Of a stretch of DNA of 56,497 nt, positions 36,587 to 45,301 are shown one piece after another. Position 1 is the first letter of the stretch, and each line of letters starts with the position of its first letter. A model generated the notes under the pieces. That model did not search any database, was not told where the DNA came from, and saw only the letters and a list, made by a program, of their open reading frames with translations. The position numbers and the translations under genes were made by a program. Source of the stretch: Myxococcales bacterium (lineage in GTDB: Bacteria; Myxococcota_A; UBA9042); NCBI GenBank assembly GCA_947499075.1, contig CANMNA010000003.1, positions 1-56,497 of the forward strand, read 5' to 3'.

Positions 36587-38647
36587 CTACTTCAGCCAGC
36601 CCTGCACCTCTGCGGCCACCAGCAGCGCGTTGTGACCAGCGTGAACGAGCGCGGCCGGCCACACCGAGCGGCTGCGCAGCGTGAGCCACCCCAGCAGCAC
36701 GCCGAGCGCCGCCTGAGGCAGCAACCGCAGCGGCGACTGGTGCAGCAGTGCAAACAGCAGCGCGGACAGGGCGATCGCCCACTTGGGCCCCAAGCTCTTG
36801 TGCAGGCCAGAAAGCAAGGTGCCCCGGCAAAGGGTCTCTTCGCAGATCGCCGGCACGACCGCCAGACACAGCAACTGCAACGGCAAGCCACCGGCGCTCG
36901 CAAGCTGGGCGACCAAGCGCGCAACCGGCTCGCCGGCGGCCTGCAGCGCCCCGACATCGACCCAGCCCTCCTGCAGCGTACCCAGCCCAAACGACAGGCC
37001 CAACGCCACCGGCAACAGCGCCAGCGCCACCAACAGGTCGCGGCCAGACGGTGCACGCCACCCCAACACCACCGCCTGCGGATACGCGCCCAGCCAGCTG
37101 TGCAACCACGCAGGCAGCAGCACAAACAGCAGCAAGGGCGCCATCGTCAGCACCACCGCCGGGGCATCGGCCAACCATCCGCCGCCCAGCACCATGCCCG
37201 CCACCGCCAGCGCGTACACGCCCAGCACTTCGGGCCCGCCAGGCAGGCTCTGGCCGCGGCGAAACCGCGCAAAGCGACCCCATCCGGCGCGCACCAGCCC
37301 GGGATAGCGGCCGCGCTCGGTGTCGAACAGCTGCGCAGTCCATCCGACAAGCACCGCCGCCACCGCCAGGTTGACCACAGTCGTAATCGCGATGTGCATC
37401 CACGGCATCTCCGGGGTCTGCAAGGCCTGGCGCAGCGCCAGCAACGTGCCACCGATCGGCAAGAGATCGAGCGCCAAGCTGGGTTGCAGGCCCGGCACCA
37501 CCGCGACCATGGCCACAAACACCACCACCAGAATCAACGGCGTCAGGTACGTCTGCGCTTCTTTGGTCGACTGCGCAAAGCCAGACAGCGCCAGCGCCGC
37601 GGCCGAGATCGCGACGACCACCGGCAACAGCAAAACCAGGCACAGCAGCAGCGCGGGCGCACCGACCGACACCAGGCCCGCCAGCGGCGAGTCAGTGCCG
37701 ACCGCGGCCAATTGCCCCGCCAACAGCCCCAGTGTGCCGCTCAGCGACAACAGATTGGCGATGACGGCCACCAAAGCCGCGCACAGCACCACCAGCAGCT
37801 TGCCCAGCACCAGGTCGCGGCGCCGGATCGGCAGCGACAGCAGCGTCTCCAGCGTGCCTGCCTCGCGCTCGCCGGCCAACAGGCCAATCGCCGGATACAT
37901 CGCGGCCGTCACCGCCAGCACCAGCACCAAAAACGGGATCATCGGCGCAGCTTGGGTGCGCACCGCTTCGGCCGCCGTCGCCAGGCTGTGGTGGCGCACC
38001 ACCACCGGCTCGGGCAGCCGCGGGTCGAGGTGGCTGGCGCTGAGCCAATGGGCCAGCGTGGTCTGGCGCAGCCCGATCAACACGGCGTCGACCTGCGGTG
38101 CAATCTCGGGCGCGCGTGCGTTGCCGTCATCTTGCAGCACCACCAGCGTGGTTTGGGGCGGCAGCGGATGCAGCGGCAGCGGCGCAGGTTGCAGCGCGAC
38201 TGGATCGAGCGCCACCACCGCCAAAGCCAGATCGTGACTGCGCAGGAATTCGCTCAGATTGTGCCGAGTCGGCGCGGTCAACGGGCCATCGACTGACGCG
38301 AGCACCGCCTGCGGGTGCCAACTGCTGCCGGTCAAGTCGACGACCTGATACTGGGCCACGGGCGTCGGGTCGGTCGGCAAAGCGGCGGCCTGTTTGCGCG
38401 CAGACCGCTTCGGCTTGGGCAGGGTCGCGCCCGCCTGCAAGGCCGTCAGCACCTGCGGCGTGGCCAGCACGCCGATCTTGGGCGGCGGCCGCGGCTGGGC
38501 CAGGCTCAGCTGGGCGACTTGAACAGAAAACAGGATCAGCAGCGGGTACAGCAACACCGGCAGCACCAAGTTGACGAAAAGCGCCCGGCGGTCGCGCAGG
38601 AGCTCGCGCATGTCCTTGGCAAAAATGGCGCGTACCGCGGGATTCAT
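36587..38647 (-). CDS. ABC-2 type permease fused to a CPBP (CAAX) intramembrane protease domain
   Basis: N-terminal multi-TM ABC-2-like region. C-terminal 'ICEETLCRG', 'FALLHQ', 'HAGHNAL' CPBP motifs. 4-nt overlap with the ATPase gene. Confidence 0.75.
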   Translation of the reverse strand: MNPAVRAIFAKDMRELLRDRRALFVNLVLPVLLYPLLILFSVQVAQLSLAQPRPPPKIGVLATPQVLTALQAGATLPKPKRSARKQAAALPTDPTPVAQYQVVDLTGSSWHPQAVLASVDGPLTAPTRHNLSEFLRSHDLALAVVALDPVALQPAPLPLHPLPPQTTLVVLQDDGNARAPEIAPQVDAVLIGLRQTTLAHWLSASHLDPRLPEPVVVRHHSLATAAEAVRTQAAPMIPFLVLVLAVTAAMYPAIGLLAGEREAGTLETLLSLPIRRRDLVLGKLLVVLCAALVAVIANLLSLSGTLGLLAGQLAAVGTDSPLAGLVSVGAPALLLCLVLLLPVVVAISAAALALSGFAQSTKEAQTYLTPLILVVVFVAMVAVVPGLQPSLALDLLPIGGTLLALRQALQTPEMPWMHIAITTVVNLAVAAVLVGWTAQLFDTERGRYPGLVRAGWGRFARFRRGQSLPGGPEVLGVYALAVAGMVLGGGWLADAPAVVLTMAPLLLFVLLPAWLHSWLGAYPQAVVLGWRAPSGRDLLVALALLPVALGLSFGLGTLQEGWVDVGALQAAGEPVARLVAQLASAGGLPLQLLCLAVVPAICEETLCRGTLLSGLHKSLGPKWAIALSALLFALLHQSPLRLLPQAALGVLLGWLTLRSRSVWPAALVHAGHNALLVAAEVQGWLK

Positions 38648-39375
38648 GACGCCACCGCGGGTCGCAGGATCGCGTGGACAGCTGGGGCAAAATCGCCGCC
38701 ATCGGCCAGATCGGCGATGGTGCCGGCGTAGGCCACCTGGCCGCGGCCGATCAGCAGCAACTGATCCGCCACCGCCTGCGCCTCAGCCGGCACGTGGGTG
38801 CAGTACAGGATCAGCCGACCCTGATCGCGGCAGCGCTGGACGGCCGTGACCACTTCGGCAGCGGCCAGCACGTCCAGCCCCGTGGTCGGTTCGTCCAAGA
38901 TCAGCAGCGGCGGGTCAGCCAGCAGCGTCCGCGCCAAATTGACGCGCTGGGCCTGACCGGTCGACAGCGTGGCAATACGCTGGTCCAAGATGTCGGCCAG
39001 ACCAAACTGAGGCACCAGCGCTTCGAGGCGCTGCGCGACTGCGGCCGGATGCAAGCCGTGCAGTTGGCCGATCAGCGCCAGAAACTCGCGCGGCGTCGCC
39101 AGCGCGGGCAGCTTGGTGCTGGTCGACAGGTAGCCCAGTTGCGCGCGAAAGCGATCGCCGTCGCGCACGGAGTCCAGACCGGCGACCGCGATGGTCCCGC
39201 TGTCGGGCTCGAGCAGGCCCGCAATCAGCCGCAACAGCGTGGTCTTGCCGGCGCCGTTGGCACCCATGACCGCCACGACCCCCGGTGGCACCTGCAATTC
39301 GATGCCGTCGACCGCTTTGACTTCGCCGCGACCCGGGTCAAAAAACGACTTGTGCAGGCCGGCGATGTGCAGCAC
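38644..39375 (-). CDS. ABC transporter ATP-binding protein
   Basis: Walker A 'GANGAGKTT', signature 'LSTGQAQR', Walker B 'LILDEPTTGLD'. The GTG 39375 start lies 2 nt after the upstream stop. The track start (39447) overlaps the upstream gene. Confidence 0.85.
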   Translation of the reverse strand: MLHIAGLHKSFFDPGRGEVKAVDGIELQVPPGVVAVMGANGAGKTTLLRLIAGLLEPDSGTIAVAGLDSVRDGDRFRAQLGYLSTSTKLPALATPREFLALIGQLHGLHPAAVAQRLEALVPQFGLADILDQRIATLSTGQAQRVNLARTLLADPPLLILDEPTTGLDVLAAAEVVTAVQRCRDQGRLILYCTHVPAEAQAVADQLLLIGRGQVAYAGTIADLADGGDFAPAVHAILRPAVAS

Positions 39376-39377
39376 GG

Positions 39378-39944
39378 TCAGCGAATCAGCCGGGAGATGA
39401 GCTTGAATGCGTCGCCGTGGGCCTGGCCGAGCAGGTCGAACAGGCACGCTTCAGTCGAGGTCACGACTGCGCCACAGCGCCGCCACAGGCCCTGGGCGAT
39501 GCGGTGGTTGTCAGCAGTGCGGCTGGCGCAGGCGTCGCTGACGACGTGCACGACAAACCCCATCTCGGCCAGCCCGCGCACGGACTGGTAGACACAGATG
39601 TGCGCTTCGATGCCACACACCAGCACCGAGCGGACGCCTTGGCTTTGCCAGAGGGCCAACAAGCCACGCGTGGGGCCATTGCCGGTGGCCGCAAACGCGA
39701 TTTTGTCGTGAACAGTCGCCTGGCCAAAGTGCGCGGCAAGCTCGGGCACGGTCGGCCCCAAGCCCTTGGGATACTGCTCGGTCACCAGCGTGCGCAGCCC
39801 CAGGGCGTGGCCGCCCTGCAGCAACCTCGCCGCGTTGGCCACGCACGGTGCGCCGCCGTCTTGCATGGCCGGCACCAGCTTTTGTTGCATGTCGACCACC
39901 AGCAGGGCAGTTGACGCAGGACTCAGGCTCAAATCGGTGGGCAT
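39378..39944 (-). CDS. Isochorismatase-family hydrolase
   Basis: ATG 39944. 'TALLVVDMQ', 'LVCGIEAHICVYQS' (catalytic Cys). Confidence 0.8.
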   Translation of the reverse strand: MPTDLSLSPASTALLVVDMQQKLVPAMQDGGAPCVANAARLLQGGHALGLRTLVTEQYPKGLGPTVPELAAHFGQATVHDKIAFAATGNGPTRGLLALWQSQGVRSVLVCGIEAHICVYQSVRGLAEMGFVVHVVSDACASRTADNHRIAQGLWRRCGAVVTSTEACLFDLLGQAHGDAFKLISRLIR

Positions 39945-40057
39945 AACGGTTCGCGGCCGACGCAAGCGGCCACGCGACGGTAACGCCCTTGCGTCGCGGT
40001 CGCAAGGCCTTGCGCCCCGCCAGCATCCGCGCCACGATCGGGCACCAGAGGTTGCCG

Positions 40058-42937
40058 ATGCCCGAGCTCGCGCCAGTTTCACCGTCCGACCCGCAGCCGG
40101 TGGTGCCGCCTGTGCCGCCTCAGTCGGGGGCCCGCGGCTCAGTGATGACACCGATGGGCCTGCGGGCGGTCTCGCTGTCGCCCGATGACGGCTTGTTCGA
40201 CCGCGATCTGCAGCACCCGTCGGCGATGGTGCCGCGGCTGGGTTGGGTGGCGCGCTGGTTTGCCTGGCTGTTCTTCAAGCCGGTGCAATTTTCGCCGCGA
40301 TTGGCCAATGACATCAATGGGCTCGCCAAAGACGGCGGCGGGCTGGTGTTTGTCCACAGCACCATCAGCCTGCTGGACTACTTCTACTTCAACTGGGTCA
40401 ACTTGCAGCACGGTCTGCCGCTGGCCAAGTTCGCCAACGGCGTGTCGATGCGCTGGCTGCAGCCGGTGCGCTGGGTGTTCGCGGCGTGGCTGCGCCGGCT
40501 ATTCGGCAAGCGATCGGTGCGGTCGGAGAACGAGGTGCTGCACGGCCTGCTGCGGCGGCGCCAGCCGGTGGTGCTGTTCTTGCGCCGGGCGTTTTCGCTG
40601 CTCGACATCATCAACCCGCGGCCGCAGATGGCCTACTTGCGCGAGCTGCTGCAGGTGCAGCGCCAGGTGCAGTTTCCAGTGCTGATCGTGCCGCAGGTGC
40701 TGATCTGGCAGCGCGATCCCGACCGCGATCGCCACTCGATCATCAGCGAGTTCTTTGGCGACCCCGGGGCGCCGGGTCGGCTGCGCAAGCTGCTGTCGTT
40801 TGTACTCAACCACCGGCGGGCCCATGTGCGCATGGCCGAGCCCATCGACCTGTTCGAGTTTTTGGAGCGCAACAGCGACGTCGGCCACGACGACAGCGTG
40901 TTGGCCGAGCGGCTGCGGGCCGAAGTGGTGCGCGCGCTGCAGCAAGAGGACCGGATTATCCGTGGGGCTCCGGTCAAGTCGGCTGAGCAGCTGCGCCGCG
41001 AGATTTTGGCCGACCCCGAAGTGACCGCGGACCTGCGCCGGATTGCCAGCGAGACCCACCGCGATCTCAAGCAGGTCAAGACGGAGGCCGACCTGAACTT
41101 GGCCGAGATTGCCGCCAAGTACTCCATGAAGATGCTGGCGTTCATCTCGTTTGGCCTGACGCTGCTGTGGGCCAAGATCTACGACGGCATCGAGGTCGAC
41201 GAAGAGGGGCTAGAGCGCCTGCGCCTCACCGGTCGCAAGGCGCCGCTGGTGCTGGTGCCCAGCCACAAGTCGCACATCGATTACTTGATCGTGAGCTACC
41301 TGTTTTACCGCAACGGCCTGATTCCCCCTCACATTGCCGCCGGTGCCAACCTGAGCTTCTTTCCGCTGGGCAGCATTTTTCGGCGCGCGGGCGCCTTTTT
41401 CCTGCGCCGCACGTTTTCGGGTCAGCCGATCTACGCCGCGGCTTTTCGCCACTATGTCCGAAAGTTGCTCAGCGATGGCCATTGGCTGGAGTTTTTTCCC
41501 GAAGGCACGCGGTCGCGCACCGGCAAGCTGTTGCCACCCAAGTTTGGCCTGATCAAGCTGGTGCTCGAGGTGGTGGCGGACGGCAAGCGCGACGACGTCT
41601 GGTTCGCGCCCACCAACTTTGGCTACGAGCGCCTGATCGAAGAGAAGGCCTACCGAAAAGAGCTCGAAGGCGGCGAAAAAGTGGCAGAATCTCCGGTTGA
41701 AGTCCTCAAGGCTACCGAAGTGCTGATCCACAAGTATGGCCGTATTCGCATCCAGTTCGGCGAGCCGATGTCGGTGCGCAAGCTGCTCGAAGAATTTGGC
41801 GCGATGGGCCCGCCCGGTCAGCGCGATGCCAAGGCCTTTGACCGGGCGCTAAAAGTCTGTGGCTGGCGCATCTTGGGTGGCATCAACCAGGCCGCGGTGC
41901 TCACGCCGACGGCGCTGGTCGCGGCCGTGCTGCTGACCAAGACCCACAAGGGCATAGCCCTGCAAGACTTGCGGCTGCGGGTGGGCTACCTGCTCGACCT
42001 CGCCGACCAGCGCGGCGCGGTGCTGTCGATGCCGTTGAGCGCGGCGCTGCAGGCCAACCGCCAAAAGCTGCTGCTGGCCAAGCAGCGCGATCAGACCCAG
42101 CACGACGAACAGGGCGGTCAGCCAGACCCGTTTGGTGGCCAGAGCGAGCGGGCGCGCGCGATGGGCGAAGCGGTCAGCGAAGTCGCCGATCAGGCGCTGA
42201 CGCTGTTTGCCGCCTCCAAGTGGATCCTGCACCGCAAGTTTGACAGCGAAGACATCTTGATTGTCCGGGCCGAGGGCCGGATGCACCTAGATTACTACAA
42301 GAATAACATGTTACACCTGTTTGTGCCCGAAGCGCTGCTGGCGGCGGCGATTTTGGCCATGCTCGAGCGCGGGCCGCTGATGGGCCAGCAGGCGCTGTTT
42401 GCCCAGACCAAATTCTTGTCGCGCTTGCTCAAGTTCGAGTTCGTGTACGAGCCCGGCATCACATTTGAGCAAAAGTACCAGCAGACCCTGCAAGATTTCG
42501 TCAACGCCGGCTGGCTTGAGCGCAGAGGCCAAGACGATCTGGCGGTCGCGACCACGGTGCGCGGTCCGCTGCGGCTGTATGCCAAGCTGTTGCAAAGTTT
42601 TGTCGAGTCCTATGCGCTGGTTGCTCGCAGTATCAAGCACTTGCGTCATGGGGCGCTCAGCGAGGCGGCATTCTTGGACCATGTCCAAGGCCAAGCGCAA
42701 ATGGCCTTCGATCTGGGCACGGTCGAGTGCTATGAGGCGATCAGCAAGGTCAATCTCGGCAACGCGCTGCGGATTTTCATTGAAGCAGGTTTCGTCATCG
42801 AAAAAGCTGAGCTGGTCGGCAAAAAGAAGGTCAAGACCCTGTCCGCACGCAGTGACGCCGAGGGCGACGCGCAGTTCGCGGTATTTTTTGGGCAATTGCA
42901 TGAACTGCAGTCGCCGTGGACGCTGGAGCGCTTGTAG
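40058..42937 (+). CDS. plsB: Glycerol-3-phosphate 1-O-acyltransferase PlsB
   Basis: HX4D 'VPSHKSHIDYL', 'FFPEGTRSRTGKLLPPKFG', and a size typical of PlsB. The start is uncertain (39989 / 40058 / 40144). Confidence 0.85.
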   Translation: MPELAPVSPSDPQPVVPPVPPQSGARGSVMTPMGLRAVSLSPDDGLFDRDLQHPSAMVPRLGWVARWFAWLFFKPVQFSPRLANDINGLAKDGGGLVFVHSTISLLDYFYFNWVNLQHGLPLAKFANGVSMRWLQPVRWVFAAWLRRLFGKRSVRSENEVLHGLLRRRQPVVLFLRRAFSLLDIINPRPQMAYLRELLQVQRQVQFPVLIVPQVLIWQRDPDRDRHSIISEFFGDPGAPGRLRKLLSFVLNHRRAHVRMAEPIDLFEFLERNSDVGHDDSVLAERLRAEVVRALQQEDRIIRGAPVKSAEQLRREILADPEVTADLRRIASETHRDLKQVKTEADLNLAEIAAKYSMKMLAFISFGLTLLWAKIYDGIEVDEEGLERLRLTGRKAPLVLVPSHKSHIDYLIVSYLFYRNGLIPPHIAAGANLSFFPLGSIFRRAGAFFLRRTFSGQPIYAAAFRHYVRKLLSDGHWLEFFPEGTRSRTGKLLPPKFGLIKLVLEVVADGKRDDVWFAPTNFGYERLIEEKAYRKELEGGEKVAESPVEVLKATEVLIHKYGRIRIQFGEPMSVRKLLEEFGAMGPPGQRDAKAFDRALKVCGWRILGGINQAAVLTPTALVAAVLLTKTHKGIALQDLRLRVGYLLDLADQRGAVLSMPLSAALQANRQKLLLAKQRDQTQHDEQGGQPDPFGGQSERARAMGEAVSEVADQALTLFAASKWILHRKFDSEDILIVRAEGRMHLDYYKNNMLHLFVPEALLAAAILAMLERGPLMGQQALFAQTKFLSRLLKFEFVYEPGITFEQKYQQTLQDFVNAGWLERRGQDDLAVATTVRGPLRLYAKLLQSFVESYALVARSIKHLRHGALSEAAFLDHVQGQAQMAFDLGTVECYEAISKVNLGNALRIFIEAGFVIEKAELVGKKKVKTLSARSDAEGDAQFAVFFGQLHELQSPWTLERL

Positions 42938-43342
42938 ACCCAAATTCCCCACAGAAATCTCCCGCGGCCCCCGATTTGAGATGTAGATCAAAGAACAAGG
43001 AGCTGAAAGAGCGAGGCGTACTCAGGTACGCCGCAGCGAGAGAAGCGACGCAGTGACGCAGAGATGCGCTCAAAGCGAGGGATCGCGGTAGACGTTGTTG
43101 ACCCCAATCGGTAGCGCGTGTTACGAAGCGCCGCGCCTGCGGTCGAAGAGACTCGCCGCTGGCTGCGGCAGTCTCAAGAAGTCTTTGTGATTTCATGGTT
43201 CCGCCGGCAGATTTCCCGACTCTGGCTCGCCAGAGCGGGCGACTCCGCCAGCCGATTGGCTGCGGGTTCGACTGCACAGACTCAGCACAACCACTTGGAA
43301 TTTGGGCTGTTTGCCGCCTCCTGCCGCTTCGCCCGCCCTGCC

Positions 43343-43759
43343 ATGACCGACACCCCGACGATCAGCGACAACGCCGGCGCGACCTTGACCAAGGCCCTGC
43401 GCGCCCACTTGGTAGTGACCGTGCTGTTGCTGGTCGGCGCGCTGGCGTTTGGTGACCGACCCATGTGGGTGGGCGTGCTGGCCGGCTGCGCGATCGGCGC
43501 GGCCAACTTGCGCGGTCTGGTGTGGATCACCCAGCGCCTGACCAGCGACCACGGGCCCAGCCGGATGGCGGCCCACGCCTTGCTGCTGACCAAAATGATG
43601 CTGACGTGCGGCGCGATCGGCTTGACGCTGTTTGTGTTGCGGCCATCGGCGCTGGCGCTAACTTTGGGGTGGACGTCCTCGCTGGTGTGCCTAGTGGTGG
43701 CCAGCCAAATCCGGCGTCCGGCCCCGCCCGCATCGATTGGGGGTGTCCATGTTCTGTAG
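43343..43759 (+). CDS. atpI: ATP synthase protein I-like small membrane protein
   Basis: 138 aa with 4 hydrophobic segments, immediately upstream of and overlapping atpB. Confidence 0.55.
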   Translation: MTDTPTISDNAGATLTKALRAHLVVTVLLLVGALAFGDRPMWVGVLAGCAIGAANLRGLVWITQRLTSDHGPSRMAAHALLLTKMMLTCGAIGLTLFVLRPSALALTLGWTSSLVCLVVASQIRRPAPPASIGGVHVL

Positions 43760-44759
43760 CGCAAAGCGGTGGTGGATTTTGCCGTCGGTCCTGACTGTGC
43801 TTATCCTTGCATCGCTGGGGATGGGCAACCGTGCAGTGGCAAGCGAGGAGCACGTTGCGGCGCCTGCGGCCAGCGACAGCGACCACGCTGGCGGTGTGGC
43901 AGGCCACGCGGGGCACGCCGAGCCGTTTACGTGGCTGTCGGTTCTTATCGGCAAGTCGGCCGACCACGATGCCCATGCTGAGATCCGCGGCAAGATCGAG
44001 AAGATGGCCGAAGGCACGCCGCTGGCCAAGACTTTTGTCGAAAAGAAGTCGTTTGCCACCGACGGCCACATCACCCACGTGTTCTTTGCGCTCATCGCGG
44101 TACTGATCCTGCTGGGTAGCGCAGTGGCGGTGCGGCGCAAGCTCAACGCCGAACCCGATGCTGGTGTGCTGCCCGAGCGCAAGATCTCGCCGCTGCTGTT
44201 CTTCGAAGTGGTGGTCGGCGCGGTGTGGAACCTGATGAAAGGCATGATGGGCGACGCCGAAGCCCGCCGCCATTTTCCGCTGATTTGCACGCTGGCGCTG
44301 TATATTTTCACCATGAACGCGATGGCGCTGTTGCCGCTGGGCGATCCGGCCACCGACAACCTGAACACCAACATCGTGATGGGCCTGACCGTGTTCGTGG
44401 TGACCCACGCTTCGGGGATTCGCACCCAGGGCGTGGTCAATTACCTCAAGCACTTCGCGGGTCCGGTGCTGGGCTTGGCGCCGCTGATGATCGTGCTCGA
44501 AGTGGTGGCGCACTGTGTGCGGCCGTTCTCGTTGTCGCTGCGTCTGCTCGGCAACATGTACGGCGACCATCAGGTCATGGAAAACTTTTTGAACTTTCAC
44601 TTGCCGTTGGTGCCCCTGCCGGTCATGGCCCTGGGCCTGATCGTGGTGATAGTTCAAACCGTTGTGTTTACTTTGCTTTCTACGGTGTTCATCGCATTGG
44701 CGGTGGCGCACCACGAGGACCATGGCGCGGGCCACAAAGAGCACGCGCCCGCCCATTAG
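43749..44759 (+). CDS. atpB: F0F1 ATP synthase subunit a
   Basis: 'FSLSLRLLGNMYGDH' (essential Arg helix) and multi-TM topology. Has an approximately 60-aa N-terminal extension with a His-rich stretch 'DHAGGVAGHAGHAEP'. Confidence 0.85.
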   Translation: MFCSAKRWWILPSVLTVLILASLGMGNRAVASEEHVAAPAASDSDHAGGVAGHAGHAEPFTWLSVLIGKSADHDAHAEIRGKIEKMAEGTPLAKTFVEKKSFATDGHITHVFFALIAVLILLGSAVAVRRKLNAEPDAGVLPERKISPLLFFEVVVGAVWNLMKGMMGDAEARRHFPLICTLALYIFTMNAMALLPLGDPATDNLNTNIVMGLTVFVVTHASGIRTQGVVNYLKHFAGPVLGLAPLMIVLEVVAHCVRPFSLSLRLLGNMYGDHQVMENFLNFHLPLVPLPVMALGLIVVIVQTVVFTLLSTVFIALAVAHHEDHGAGHKEHAPAH

Positions 44760-44856
44760 CCGTAACCCAGCCCGCGGGCAGCGGGTACTCAGCGCGACGG
44801 GCAACGCCGTCGGTGCACAGGCGGAGCACCCGCCTCTTTGATCAGGAGATGACATC

Positions 44857-45198
44857 ATGAAGCGCAATTTGACTGTGGCAGCCCTTTTCGCGGTCTCGAT
44901 GCTGGTCTTTGCCAGCACAGCCTTTGCCGGCGACGGCGCGGCAGACAACACCAACACCGTCGCCGGTTACTTGGCCATGGCCGCAGGCTTGGGCCTGGGC
45001 TTGGCTGCCGCTGGTGGTGCCATCGGACAGGGCCGGGCAGCGGCCGCCGCTCTGGAAGGCATTGGCCGCAACCCGGCAGCATCCAAAGAATTGTTTACCC
45101 CGATGCTGCTGTCGCTTGCGCTCATCGAGTCGCTGGTCATCTACTCGCTGGTGATCGCGTTTATCCTGTCAGGCAAGATCGACGCACTGGCCAAGTGA
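44857..45198 (+). CDS. atpE: F0F1 ATP synthase subunit c (with signal-like N-terminal extension)
   Basis: 'GIGRNPAA' loop and 'LALIESLVIYSLVIAF' (carboxylate Glu). RBS AGGAG upstream. Confidence 0.88.
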   Translation: MKRNLTVAALFAVSMLVFASTAFAGDGAADNTNTVAGYLAMAAGLGLGLAAAGGAIGQGRAAAAALEGIGRNPAASKELFTPMLLSLALIESLVIYSLVIAFILSGKIDALAK

Positions 45199-45204
45199 GC
45201 CGGT

Positions 45205-45223
45205 AGCCCCGTCGGTCGGGGCT
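45205..45223 (+). terminator. Hairpin after atpE
   Basis: AGCCCCG-tcggt-CGGGGCT begins 7 nt after the stop. There is no clear U-tract. Confidence 0.4.
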
Positions 45224-45301
45224 TGACGGATAGCCCAGATTTTGGGTTTCTTGCAAGCTAGAGCGGCGTCGCAGTCGCTGCGGGCCGGTTGACGGACAGC
45301 G

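Noticed and set aside
36548-38296. 582-aa plus-strand ORF
   Set aside because: It is an extreme Q/R/H-rich product antisense to the ABC-2/CPBP permease, which carries recognisable CPBP motifs.
43527-44957. 476-aa minus-strand ORF
   Set aside because: It is antisense to atpI/atpB/atpE, whose products carry the diagnostic a- and c-subunit motifs.
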